From an uncultured cyanobacterium (GTDB lineage: Bacteria > Cyanobacteriota > Vampirovibrionia > Gastranaerophilales > Gastranaerophilaceae), in contig CAMNNA010000001.1 in NCBI GenBank assembly GCA_946545285.1, forward strand, positions 1-62,770: a stretch of 62,770 nucleotides of DNA, given 5' to 3'. The position numbers and the translations under genes were made by a program. Positions 22,898 to 32,824 of the stretch are shown here, in pieces; position 1 is the stretch's first letter, and the number at the start of each line of letters is the position of its first letter. Below the pieces are notes generated by a model. The model worked only from the letters and a program-made list of their open reading frames with translations, searched no databases and had not been told where the DNA came from.

Positions 22898-23284
22898 ATG
22901 AACATGCAAAATAAAAAAATAACAGCAAGCCTTGAAGATTACCTTGAAGCAATTTATGAAATTATTGAAGAAAAAAAAGGTGTCAGAGTTGTTGATATTG
23001 CAAATAAATTAAATGTCAGAAAATCTTCTGTTACGGAGGCATTAAAAACACTAAAAAATAAAGGTTTAGTTAATTACGGCAGATATGATGTAATTTCTTT
23101 AACAATTGAAGGTGAAAATACCGCAAAAAATATTTCTAATAAGCATAAGTTTTTATATAAATTTCTTAAAAATAATCTGGGCGTCAGTGAAGATGAAGCA
23201 TCTGAAACGGCGTGCAAAATGGAACATGTGATTTCGGACAACGTATTGAAAAAATTAGAAAATTTTATTTTAACAAAGTGCTAA
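22898..23284 (+). CDS. DtxR/MntR-family metal-dependent transcriptional regulator (short form)
   Basis: LEDYLEAIYEIIEEKKGVRVVDIANKLNVRKSSVTEALKTLKNKGLV is a winged-HTH typical of iron/manganese-dependent repressors. 128 aa, with no SH3-like C-terminal domain. Confidence 0.8.
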   Translation: MNMQNKKITASLEDYLEAIYEIIEEKKGVRVVDIANKLNVRKSSVTEALKTLKNKGLVNYGRYDVISLTIEGENTAKNISNKHKFLYKFLKNNLGVSEDEASETACKMEHVISDNVLKKLENFILTKC

Positions 23285-23337
23285 AAAGATATACCCTCCT
23301 TATAATACAGGGATCTATAAATCCCAAATATTAAAAA

Positions 23338-23366
23338 CTCCGATAGAATTTATCGGAGTTTTTTTT
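23338..23366. terminator. bidirectional intrinsic terminator
   Basis: CTCCGATA (23338-45), loop GAATT, TATCGGAG (23351-58), then T8. A-run on the other side. Lies between convergent genes. Confidence 0.8.
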
Positions 23367-23377
23367 ATAATTAATTT

Positions 23378-23737
23378 TTATTCATAGTAAGTAACACCGT
23401 TTTCCGTATAAGAACTTTCCATTTTAGGTTTATAATTTCTGTCAAAACGTGAAACAGGTTTTACATTATCTGTAACATATGATGTTTGAGGCATAATCCG
23501 GTTTCGTCCGTAATATAGTCTTCTTCTCGGGCAATACGGTCTTGCAACTTGTGGATAAACTGAAGAATTTCTTATCCTTTCCAATTCAAGATTCATCGCT
23601 TGACGGTAAGGCAAAATCAGTCCGCTGCCTGTTTGAACTCTAACCGGAACTCCTGTATTTGAATAGTAAATACTATAACAATGTCCGGAATTTCCCAAAA
23701 TTAAAAACAAAATTGTAAGTAAAAAAATCTTATACAT
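23378..23737 (-). CDS. small secreted hypothetical protein
   Basis: Signal peptide MYKIFLLTILFLILGNSGHC. R/Y/P-rich mature part, no motif recognised. Confidence 0.55.
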   Translation of the reverse strand: MYKIFLLTILFLILGNSGHCYSIYYSNTGVPVRVQTGSGLILPYRQAMNLELERIRNSSVYPQVARPYCPRRRLYYGRNRIMPQTSYVTDNVKPVSRFDRNYKPKMESSYTENGVTYYE

Positions 23738-23832
23738 ATTCCACCTGCTTTTGTACTTTTAATAAAATAACTTATAAATAAAATTTTGCTACTTTTATAG
23801 TAATAAGTTTTACAAATCGTTATAATATAAGA

Positions 23833-24615
23833 TTATTTAACTTCTTTTTGATATGCCCAAGCAGAGTGATTATGAATACTTTCAAAAGCTTCACAGTCAA
23901 CTTCAAATTCAGTTATTATACTGTTATTTCTGAATTTTACTACAATTTCTCTCAAAACATCTTCTACAAAACGCGGGTTTTCGTATGCATGCTCTGTAAC
24001 GTATTTTTCATCTTGCCGTTTAAGTATTGAATAAAGAGGACATGACGCGCAGCTTTCAACCGTTTCAATTAAATCTTCTATCCATATATGCTTATCTTCA
24101 GGATATACAATTTGAACGCTTATTAATGCTCTTTGATTATGTGCGCCGTATTGAGAGATTTCTTTTGAGCACGGACACAAAGTTGTTACCGGAACTTTTA
24201 CCCCTAAAATAAACTTGTATTCTCCTTCTTTATTGATTATTCCTTTAAAAGAACAATCATAACTCATGGGTGCTGATAACTTTGTAACCGGAGCTTTTTT
24301 GTTTATAAAATATTTGAAAGTAAATTTAATTTCACCTGATTGTGCGTGTAATTTTTTTATTACTTTTTCTAAACACCCTTTAATGTCAACACCTAAAAGA
24401 TTTTTAGTTCTCCACTCATTCAAAACTTCAACAAATCTGCTCATGTGAGTACCTTTATAATTTTTAGGTAAAGATACCGCTACTTGCGCCTGCCCCCAAA
24501 CGGTTTGATCGGTGTTATTCTTACGCTGAATAATAAGGGGAAGATCTATATTTTTAATTCCAACCTTTTGGATATCTACATTTCTCGTATCAACAGAATT
24601 TTGTATATCTATCAT
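23833..24615 (-). CDS. folE2: GTP cyclohydrolase FolE2 (type IB)
   Basis: N-terminal DIQ...D.R...IQKVGI...LP pattern and TTLCPCSKEISQYGAHNQR motif characteristic of FolE2/MptA. Confidence 0.85.
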   Translation of the reverse strand: MIDIQNSVDTRNVDIQKVGIKNIDLPLIIQRKNNTDQTVWGQAQVAVSLPKNYKGTHMSRFVEVLNEWRTKNLLGVDIKGCLEKVIKKLHAQSGEIKFTFKYFINKKAPVTKLSAPMSYDCSFKGIINKEGEYKFILGVKVPVTTLCPCSKEISQYGAHNQRALISVQIVYPEDKHIWIEDLIETVESCASCPLYSILKRQDEKYVTEHAYENPRFVEDVLREIVVKFRNNSIITEFEVDCEAFESIHNHSAWAYQKEVK

Positions 24616-24721
24616 ACTTTAAATCATATAAAAAACAAGATTTTCGGGCAAGATAATTTTCAATTGTTTAAAAATACTTTACTAATTTGCCAAATTTGTT
24701 TGGTAATTTAAAATATATGGT

Positions 24722-26440
24722 ATGGGATATATTTTATTAGTTAGTGAAAATAGTGATATTCAAAGTCGCATAAAAAGTTTAATTGATAAGAAAAATAACA
24801 ACTTCAGTTGCTTTTCAAATCAAACGTCAATATATGATATGGTTGAATCAGAGCAAATTGATGTGTGTTTAATTGATGAAAATTTGGAAGATATTAATCC
24901 GATATTAGTATCAAAAAAAATAAAATCCCGTCAGGAAAATTGTCAAATTATTTTATTAACTAATGATGAAAATATAAATGATGATTTTTTTAAAATTGTT
25001 AACGGCTTTATCAGTTTAAAAGAATCGGATAAACTTATATCATCAACAATAAACTGTTTTAAAGAAACTAAAAACAATATTGATAAAATATCGCAAAAAA
25101 ATCGAGATTTAACTGATAGCCTTTATAAGTTGAATGTTTTATATTCAACAAGTTCACAGTTTGCGGGAACATTAGATATAAAACAACTTTTAGATTACAT
25201 GTCAGAAGGTTTGGACAAATCGCTTAGTTTTGATTTGAATTATATTTTATCTTTTGGCTTTGAGCAAACTCCGGTTTTGATTGTGAATTCTTTATATAAT
25301 GTGTCTGAGGAATTTTTAAATGCTTTAAAAACACGTGCTATATTTAATTATAAATCACTATTTGACGGGAAAGAAATTCCATTCGAAATTGATGAATCTG
25401 ATGTAAAAATAATTAAAAATATAAAAAATCCTAATGAAAAATTTAATTTTTCATTATTTCAATATGACAACATGTTTGCACCAATTGATTTGGGGGATAA
25501 GTTTTTTGGATGCATAGAAATTTTTAAACAAAAAACTTTTACAACGGATGATTCTGCGTATTTTCAAACAATTGTCAGACAGGTTTCCCTGCCGCTAAAA
25601 AGTGCCGGTTTATATAAAGAAATAATAGAAAAGAACCACGAATTAGAAAAACTTGAAAGAGTAAAATCTGAATTCATCTCTATAGTTTCGCATGAATTGA
25701 GAACCCCTCTTACACCGATTAAAAATGCGCTTTCAATCTTACTTAGCGGGAAATGCGGAGGGTTAACCGAAAACGCATCAAAATTTATTAATATGGCAAA
25801 AAGAAATGCTGATAATTTGACCAATATAATAAATGACATACTGGATATAAATAAAATTGAAGCAGGAAAAATGGAATTTAACTATAGAATTATGAATATA
25901 TATTCAGTAGTTGAAAATGTAAAATCTGCGTTTGATATAGTCGCAAAAGAACATGATATTAGTTTGATTGTCGATAATCAAGAGGATTTACCTGATATTT
26001 ATGCAGATTCTCAAAGATTGGGGCAAGTTTTAACAAATTTAGTTTCAAATGCAATAAAATTCACACCGGATGGTAAAAATATTACAATTCGTTCAGAATT
26101 AAAAAATGCAGATGATATTGCAATGAATCCTTATTTCGAGAAGGATTTAAAGTGTTTATCAGGAGACTATATCATGGTAAGCGTTACAGATGAAGGAATA
26201 GGGATTAAATCCGATGATATTTTAAAAGCATTTGATAAATTTTCACAAATAGAAAATTCCCTAACCCGTAAAAGCGGCGGAACAGGTTTAGGTTTGCCGA
26301 TTGCAAGACAGTTAATAAAAGCTCATAAGGGTGCAATATGGTGTGATAGCGAAGAAGGTAAAGGTTCAAGTTTTCATTTTGTAATTCCTGTTTCAAGTGA
26401 AATTACTCCATGTAAAACCGTCGAAAAAGAACTTTTGTAA
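24722..26440 (+). CDS. histidine kinase with N-terminal receiver-like and GAF-like domains
   Basis: REC-like N-terminus (DVCLIDENL, IILLTND). H-box FISIVSHELRTPLTPIKNA, N-box LTNLVSNAIKFT, G2 GTGLGLPIARQL. Confidence 0.85.
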   Translation: MGYILLVSENSDIQSRIKSLIDKKNNNFSCFSNQTSIYDMVESEQIDVCLIDENLEDINPILVSKKIKSRQENCQIILLTNDENINDDFFKIVNGFISLKESDKLISSTINCFKETKNNIDKISQKNRDLTDSLYKLNVLYSTSSQFAGTLDIKQLLDYMSEGLDKSLSFDLNYILSFGFEQTPVLIVNSLYNVSEEFLNALKTRAIFNYKSLFDGKEIPFEIDESDVKIIKNIKNPNEKFNFSLFQYDNMFAPIDLGDKFFGCIEIFKQKTFTTDDSAYFQTIVRQVSLPLKSAGLYKEIIEKNHELEKLERVKSEFISIVSHELRTPLTPIKNALSILLSGKCGGLTENASKFINMAKRNADNLTNIINDILDINKIEAGKMEFNYRIMNIYSVVENVKSAFDIVAKEHDISLIVDNQEDLPDIYADSQRLGQVLTNLVSNAIKFTPDGKNITIRSELKNADDIAMNPYFEKDLKCLSGDYIMVSVTDEGIGIKSDDILKAFDKFSQIENSLTRKSGGTGLGLPIARQLIKAHKGAIWCDSEEGKGSSFHFVIPVSSEITPCKTVEKELL

Positions 26441-26452
26441 TATAATAAATAT

Positions 26453-27616
26453 ATGAAACGCAAAATTAGTATACTGGGTTCAACCGGCTCAATAGGCCGT
26501 CAAGCACTGGAAGTTATAGAAAAATTAGAGGATAAGTTTGAAATAATCGCTTTATCCGGCGGCAGTAATGTTGAATTACTAAAACAGCAAGCATTGAAAT
26601 TTCGACCGAAATACGTTTGCATAGGCAATAAAAATGCTCAAAAAACAGAAATTCCCGAAACAGAAATAATATATGGTGAAGAAGGATTGGAACAGATTTG
26701 TTCAGATAAAGAAAATGATATTATTCTTGTTGCAGTATCAGGAAAAATCGGATTAAAACCGACCTTAAAAGCCATCGAATCAGGGATTGATATTGCTCTT
26801 GCAAATAAAGAAACGCTTGTTATGGCAGGAGAAATCGTAATGCAAAAAGCAAAAAATGCAGGGGTAAAAATTATTCCTGTTGATAGCGAACATTGCGCAA
26901 TTCATCAATGCATTAAAAATATATCACAAGTTGAAAAACTTATAATCACAGCAAGCGGAGGACCTTTTTTAAAAAAAACAATAGATGATATGAAATCTGC
27001 AACTGTAGAACAAGCTCTTGCTCATCCGAAATGGAATATGGGCAAAAAGATTACAATAGATAGTGCAACGTTGATGAATAAAGGTTTAGAAATAATAGAA
27101 GCCCATCATTTGTTTAATATTGATTATGATAAAATAGATGTAGTTGTTCATCCGCAAAGTGTTGTTCATTCTGCTATTGAATATAAAGACGGAAGTGTAA
27201 TCGCGCAATTGGGATTACCAAGTATGCATATTCCTATACAGTATGCAATTTGTTATCCGGAAAGATTTGAAGGAATAAAATCCAAAAGCTTCAGTTTTTC
27301 AGAAATCGCAAGACTGGATTTTGAAAAACCTGATTATGAAAAATTTCCGGCACTAAATATGGCATATAATGCCGGTAAACAAGGTACGGGAGCAACAACA
27401 ATTTTAAATGCGGCAAATGAAGAAAGTGTTTTTGAGTTTTTGGATGGGAAAATAAAACTCTATGACATTTATAAAATAGTAGAAAATATGTTAAATGTAT
27501 TTTCCGGAGAAAAACCGCTATCAATAGATGAAATATTTGATCTGGATAAAAATGTAAGAATAAAAACGCAAGAATATATTTTACATGGACTTGAAAAAAA
27601 AGTTTTTTTGCCATAG
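26453..27616 (+). CDS. dxr: 1-deoxy-D-xylulose 5-phosphate reductoisomerase
   Basis: ISILGSTGSIGRQALEV NADPH-binding motif, LANKETLV, DSEH, and length 387 aa. Confidence 0.95.
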   Translation: MKRKISILGSTGSIGRQALEVIEKLEDKFEIIALSGGSNVELLKQQALKFRPKYVCIGNKNAQKTEIPETEIIYGEEGLEQICSDKENDIILVAVSGKIGLKPTLKAIESGIDIALANKETLVMAGEIVMQKAKNAGVKIIPVDSEHCAIHQCIKNISQVEKLIITASGGPFLKKTIDDMKSATVEQALAHPKWNMGKKITIDSATLMNKGLEIIEAHHLFNIDYDKIDVVVHPQSVVHSAIEYKDGSVIAQLGLPSMHIPIQYAICYPERFEGIKSKSFSFSEIARLDFEKPDYEKFPALNMAYNAGKQGTGATTILNAANEESVFEFLDGKIKLYDIYKIVENMLNVFSGEKPLSIDEIFDLDKNVRIKTQEYILHGLEKKVFLP

Positions 27617-27659
27617 GCTACGAGTAGGTGATTAGAGATACCGAATTTTGATAAATGAT

Positions 27660-28112
<453 letters not shown>

Positions 28113-28148
28113 CTTGACGGGACATAACTTATGTTATGTCCCGTCAAG
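28113..28148 (+). terminator. perfect 16-bp hairpin immediately 3' of tRNA-Arg (no U-tract)
   Basis: CTTGACGGGACATAAC (28113-28), loop TTAT, GTTATGTCCCGTCAAG (28133-48). The terminator or processing role is inferred. Confidence 0.45.
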
Positions 28149-28196
28149 TCTGTTTAAAGGCAGTTCGAAGAACTCCACAAAGCGACCGCTTTGTCA

Positions 28197-28356
28197 GGAG
28201 TTCGAGCGAGTTGCGAGCAGAGGCTGGAGCAGATTTTGCTTGTGGCTGAAAGCCACTAAAAGCAAAATGCGGAATGCCGTTTATTGCGAGCAACTCAAGA
28301 CAATCTCTTCGGGCGTAAATTAAAAGGATAGGGTTTATCACTATCCTTTTAATTTA
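28197..28356 (+). ncRNA. candidate structured RNA unit A: tRNA-Arg 3' 24 nt split in the T-loop by a 97-nt insert, plus terminal hairpin
   Basis: GGAGTTCGA (28197-205), insert 28206-302, ATCTCTTCGGGCGTA (28303-17), 16-bp hairpin 28316-56. Insert stem GAGTTGC/GCAACTC, tandem GA/GA, GCA/UGC. Inner 9-bp + 5-bp hairpin 28233-68. Confidence 0.5.
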
Positions 28357-28384
28357 CGTTTGAATATTGATGAGAATTCTTATT

Positions 28385-28543
28385 GGAGTTCGAGCGACCT
28401 GTGAGCAGAGTGCGAAGGCTTGATTGCGAAATAATTATAAAATTATGTAGCAATCAACCGTAGACACGTTTAATGCGAACAGGTCAAGACAATCTCTTCG
28501 GGCGTAATAAAAAAGATAGGGTTTATCCCTATCTTTTTTATTA
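28385..28543 (+). ncRNA. candidate structured RNA unit B: second copy of the T-loop-split tRNA-Arg 3' fragment
   Basis: GGAGTTCGA (28385-93), insert 28394-491, ATCTCTTCGGGCGTA (28492-506), 17-bp hairpin 28505-43 with A6/T6 flanks. Stem GACCTGT/ACAGGTC covaries with unit A. Conserved GAGCAGAG and CGTTTAWTGCGA. Confidence 0.5.
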
Positions 28544-28843
28544 CGTTAGGAAGTATAAGAAGCTCTGGATTAGGAGTTCGGCGCAAGCGAGCCAAGTGGC
28601 GGTTTTATGCCCGTTTTGGTCGAAAGCAAACAAGGGTAAACTGAAGTTTCTACCAATACACCATTATATCAAAGCAGTCAGAAGTTGTTTAAGACTATAA
28701 GTTTCAAAACGAACTAAAGTCAACGATTCTTACATTTTTTACTTAGTTTTGCCAATGGCATCAACCGTTGCTCGTTTGTTCAATATCCATTTTCTTGCAT
28801 AATTGAAGGTCCGGTACTTCGTACCTGCCTCTGCTCAGCGTGC

Positions 28844-28873
28844 AAAAAAAAGTTGCCATTGAATAACGGCAAC
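28844..28873 (-). terminator. minus-strand intrinsic terminator
   Basis: GTTGCC/GGCAAC stem (28852-73), followed on the minus strand by U8 (A-run 28844-51 on plus). Lies about 285 nt beyond the stop of 29157..30524. Confidence 0.6.
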
Positions 28874-29156
28874 ATTAAATAAACACGAGGATATTAAGAG
28901 AGAGAGAGTATAAAAAAACTTTTTTTGCTTAAATCCTGACTTTCATTTATATTTTATGATTTAACTCTTATTTTCCTTTTTTACTTTTTTAAATTTCCCT
29001 TACACTTATATAAACAATTTTTACTCACAAAAATTGCCTAATTTATTAAAATGTTGTTAACATTACTTAAAAACAAGGGGAAAATAAATATTATACATGC
29101 ATTTTGTATATACTTTTTATTTCAAAAACCAGAATAAGCTTAACAATTTATTAACT

Positions 29157-30524
29157 TTAATTAGCATGGTTGTTATGCTTTTTTATTCCTTCACGAATTT
29201 CAACAACATCAGTGCCTAACTGTTCAAGAGCCTGCATTGCGGTAGAATCGGGCAAAGTTGTTATTGCCCAAAGTAAATCGGAAGATTCAATTTTTGTTTT
29301 ATTAGTTTTTTTAGCGTACTCCCATGCCAGTTCCAAAACTTTTTTAGCACGAGGCGTAAACACGATTTCACTATCAAAATAATCATTACCGACACCAATA
29401 ATTTTTTCTACAATAATTCTTGCATCACGAATGGTTATTTCCAATTCACTTAAAACCTTAGCGCCGATACCTGTTGCTTCACCGATTATACCAAGCAAAA
29501 ACATTTCTGTTCCGACAATATTTTTCCCCAATCTGCGCGCCTCTTGTTTTGCTAAACGCAAAATTGTAAGAGTTTCAGGCATTTGTTTTTCTATTGGTTT
29601 GATAATAGTATGAGCTAAATCGTCATCATTTATATTTATTTCTTTAAAAATATTGTATGCAACACCTTTTTTAGCCTTCAACAAACCTAAAATCATGTGT
29701 TCGGGCAAAACTTCAGATGAACCCAATTCTTTTGCGGTTTGAAGAGCTAAACTCATTACTCTAAATGCGTTTGGAGTAAATACAATTTGTCTTCCTTCAT
29801 ATTCGGCTTGTCTGGATTTTACCTTTGACAATTTATCTTCAAATACAACTTCATTAATACCAAAACTTTCCAAAATTTTTGTCAAATCAGATGTTTTGTC
29901 TTCTAAAATTGAGGATACAATTTGTTCTGTTCCTAAAATTTCGTAATTGGAAGTTGATAACTTTGACACGGCGCGCTCAAAAACTTTGGACGATTCTTCA
30001 TTATCAAACAATGAATCTGTTTCTTCTGTTAAATCTATTTCTTTTTCATTTTCTTTCGATTCAATTTCAGGGTGAAGATCATTTTTAACTTTTCTTTGAA
30101 CAAGTTTTTCTATCAAAGGACGGGATTTATCAATATCAAAACCAAGATTTGTAAGATACTGAGAAATTTTTGAATGTTGATCGTTAATGACCGCAAGCAT
30201 AAGATGTTCATAGTGAACTGTAGAATTTTCCGATTCTTGAGCCAAATCCATTGTTCTTGTTAAAATTCTTTTAAAGTCATCACTAAACGGTAATGCAGAT
30301 GTTAATTCTGATTCTTCGATGTTTAGAGACATGTAAATTTCCTTGGCAAGACGTTCGTAGGTAATATCATAAGAGCTGAAAATTCTTGCGCAAAACCCTT
30401 TTGTTTCTTTTACCAACGCCAAAAGCAAATGTTCCGACAAGACTTTTGCGCTATGGTCATAAATTGCAATATTTTGAGCTTCAACTATTACATTAAGTGC
30501 TTTTTCGGTAAATTTTTCAAACAA
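29157..30524 (-). CDS. Clp N-terminal (Clp R) repeat protein without AAA+ module
   Basis: Six Clp_N half-repeats (SEHLLLALVKE, YEHLMLAVIND, TEQIVSSILED, PEHMILGLLKA, TEMFLLGIIGE, SSDLLWAITT) make three R domains. No Walker motifs. Confidence 0.75.
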   Translation of the reverse strand: MFEKFTEKALNVIVEAQNIAIYDHSAKVLSEHLLLALVKETKGFCARIFSSYDITYERLAKEIYMSLNIEESELTSALPFSDDFKRILTRTMDLAQESENSTVHYEHLMLAVINDQHSKISQYLTNLGFDIDKSRPLIEKLVQRKVKNDLHPEIESKENEKEIDLTEETDSLFDNEESSKVFERAVSKLSTSNYEILGTEQIVSSILEDKTSDLTKILESFGINEVVFEDKLSKVKSRQAEYEGRQIVFTPNAFRVMSLALQTAKELGSSEVLPEHMILGLLKAKKGVAYNIFKEININDDDLAHTIIKPIEKQMPETLTILRLAKQEARRLGKNIVGTEMFLLGIIGEATGIGAKVLSELEITIRDARIIVEKIIGVGNDYFDSEIVFTPRAKKVLELAWEYAKKTNKTKIESSDLLWAITTLPDSTAMQALEQLGTDVVEIREGIKKHNNHAN

Positions 30525-30535
30525 ATCAATCTTCC

Positions 30536-30802
30536 TTATTCTTCAATTTCGTCTTCAAGGTTTTCCACATAATCGCTGACACGTTCAAATTCATCATCAT
30601 CTTCAATGGTTTCAAAATAGCTTTCGCCGTCTTCTTCAACGTATTTCATAATAACAAGTTCAGGATCATCATCTTTATTGTCACTTTCTAACAAAAGTGC
30701 ATATTGACTACCTTCAAACTCAACGATATCAAATAATTCGCATTTTAGAGTTTTACCTTCTTCATCAATAATCTCGATTGTGTTGTTTTCAATTTCTGAC
30801 AT
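30536..30802 (-). CDS. DUF1292/UPF0473-family small acidic protein
   Basis: IEIIDEEGKTLKCELFDIVEFEGSQYALLL...ELVIMKYVEEDG...FETIEDDDEF pattern. Typical position downstream of ruvX. Confidence 0.7.
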   Translation of the reverse strand: MSEIENNTIEIIDEEGKTLKCELFDIVEFEGSQYALLLESDNKDDDPELVIMKYVEEDGESYFETIEDDDEFERVSDYVENLEDEIEE

Positions 30803-30820
30803 TTTAGTTTCTCCTATAAT

Positions 30821-31222
30821 TTATTTTCTTGCAAGGTACTGTTCCAGTATAATACAAGCACTCTCAATATCAACAAGTCCTTTATTTTTCTTAAAATCTA
30901 TTTTTTTTTCTTTTAAATTTTCTTGTGCCTGCTCTGATGTTAATCGTTCATCTTCAAAAATAATTTCATAACCTTTTATTTTAGATGCGAATATTTCACA
31001 ATCTTTTGCTTGAAAACCTTTTGTATCATCCATATTTAAAGGAAGCCCGACAACAATTTTTCCGACATGATTTTCTTTTGCTATTTTTTGGATTTGCGCC
31101 AAAGATTCTTTTTCTGGATTTCTTTGTAAGCAGCAATAACCCGATGCAACCATCAAAAGATAATCACTCAATGCCACACCAATCCTTTTTGTACCTACAT
31201 CCAAAGCCATTACTTTATACAT
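30821..31222 (-). CDS. ruvX: Holliday junction resolvase-like RuvX/YqgF
   Basis: VMALDVGTKRIGVALSD N-terminal motif and LPLNMDDT, ERLTS. ATG 31222 chosen (G-rich stretch upstream). The track ORF starts at a TTG at 31234. Confidence 0.85.
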   Translation of the reverse strand: MYKVMALDVGTKRIGVALSDYLLMVASGYCCLQRNPEKESLAQIQKIAKENHVGKIVVGLPLNMDDTKGFQAKDCEIFASKIKGYEIIFEDERLTSEQAQENLKEKKIDFKKNKGLVDIESACIILEQYLARK

Positions 31223-32822
31223 CAAAATCCCCAATCCAATTTAATTCAATATATTCAAGTTTTTCATCAATAATATCTTGTTCAAAATCAAACACATTCA
31301 TTGTTTTGTCATATTTTATCAATGTCAAATATTCATAAATACTGCGTCTTAAAATATTTTCAAGGAATTTGTCTAAAATATTCTCATTATTCATAAGAGA
31401 ATAAATTTTCAAAGCTTCATCTTCTTTGCCTATAGAATATTTTATGTAGGCACTATACAAAAGTTTTTTCTTCCAAGATATTTTTTCATACTCATCAAAG
31501 ACTTGATTTTTATAATCAGATACCAAAGAATCTAAATTCGACTCAGTTTTTAAATCTTTTAACAAACTGTTAAATTCGTCGCTATAATTAGAATCTAAAA
31601 ACCACCTGACAGAAATTTTCATTTTATCAATTTCTTGAAAAACACTTTCATCAACAGATTCACGATGAAGTTTTTCTTTTAGAATTTGCTCGATATAATT
31701 TTCATCATAATCAATATCAACTAAAAGATTTTTCCAACAAACATATTCGTAAGGTAAAACCCAATTTTGCGAATTATTTTTTGTTGTAAATTCAGCATTA
31801 GCTAAAATAGTTTTAAAAACAGAAGGACTGACGGATGCTGTTCTTTCATCTTTCAAAAATCTTTCTAATATTTTATCGCATTCAAACTGTGAAATTTCAA
31901 AAAAGCCAAAACAATCCCGAATCCCTTTATCCAAATTTATTACAATAGAAACAAAACGAATTCTTCCTTCAGGAGTCTTTCTTGTAAAAATCATTGCAAC
32001 ATCAGAATGAGCATCAGGATATGTAACATAAAACTGATCCGCTACTGTATCAGATAATATTTTTTTATAAAATTCCTTTGTATTATCAACTCTCATCCCT
32101 GACATCTTTAATATCGCTAAAGATCTTCTGATTTCTTGAGAAAGCTCGCCTTTTGCAAATTTTGACATTTCTTCTAATGTATGCAACGCCAATTGAGATT
32201 TAGTTCCGGATAATAATTTTAGCGCCTCTTTACCCTGAGGGCTGTTTGGTTCTGATTCAAAAACCGGGACCAAAATATTTGCCAAAATATCTTCACTAAA
32301 ATCGTTTGCTAAGGAATTTAATAAAGTTATCTTATCTTGAACACTAATTGTTGCCATAAAATCCATAAAATCAATTTGAACTTCAGGATTAATAACTGCA
32401 GAATTTAAAAGTTGCTTAGTATTTTCATCCAAGATTTCAGGATTTTCTTTTATTATATCTTCGTTATTTTCAAAGGACCAATCAGAATCAAGTTCGCGAA
32501 GAATGTTTAAAATCATGATTTTTACTTCACTTTGCAGATTCGTATTTTTTAACAAATCCCAAAATTTTGCGATTAATTCGTCTTTTTCAACGTAACGCTC
32601 TAACAAAAAACAAATAACAGGAATTTTATCTTGATTTTTTAAAGATGAAAGCTCTTTAAATAACAATTTTGTTAAAACGCTTTTATCTTCCAAAGAATCA
32701 AACATCTCAAAATCCTCAAGACAATTTTGAATGTCTTGAGGAGAATTAATTTTCTTCAACAAGATGTTAATAGTTGATTTTATTTCAAACGGACTTAGTT
32801 GTTTTGTATTTTGAAAGCTCAA
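31215..32822 (-). CDS. hypothetical protein (535 aa, helical-repeat-like)
   Basis: Long ORF translationally coupled to both neighbours. No motif recognised. Confidence 0.65.
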   Translation of the reverse strand: MSFQNTKQLSPFEIKSTINILLKKINSPQDIQNCLEDFEMFDSLEDKSVLTKLLFKELSSLKNQDKIPVICFLLERYVEKDELIAKFWDLLKNTNLQSEVKIMILNILRELDSDWSFENNEDIIKENPEILDENTKQLLNSAVINPEVQIDFMDFMATISVQDKITLLNSLANDFSEDILANILVPVFESEPNSPQGKEALKLLSGTKSQLALHTLEEMSKFAKGELSQEIRRSLAILKMSGMRVDNTKEFYKKILSDTVADQFYVTYPDAHSDVAMIFTRKTPEGRIRFVSIVINLDKGIRDCFGFFEISQFECDKILERFLKDERTASVSPSVFKTILANAEFTTKNNSQNWVLPYEYVCWKNLLVDIDYDENYIEQILKEKLHRESVDESVFQEIDKMKISVRWFLDSNYSDEFNSLLKDLKTESNLDSLVSDYKNQVFDEYEKISWKKKLLYSAYIKYSIGKEDEALKIYSLMNNENILDKFLENILRRSIYEYLTLIKYDKTMNVFDFEQDIIDEKLEYIELNWIGDFDV

Positions 32823-32824
32823 TT

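Noticed and set aside
28367-28374. Hammerhead-like TTGATGAG upstream of unit B (and ATGATGAG at 39173-80)
   Set aside because: The required C of CUGAUGA is missing, and there is no properly placed GAAA or cleavage-site helix.
28560-28850. tmRNA (including permuted two-piece form), RNase P RNA or SRP RNA in the non-coding island
   Set aside because: No GGGGCUG...UCCACCA tRNA-like ends with G3-U70, no tag reading frame ending in a hydrophobic ...LAA-type tail, and no GAGGAAAGUCC-type RNase P motif were seen by eye.
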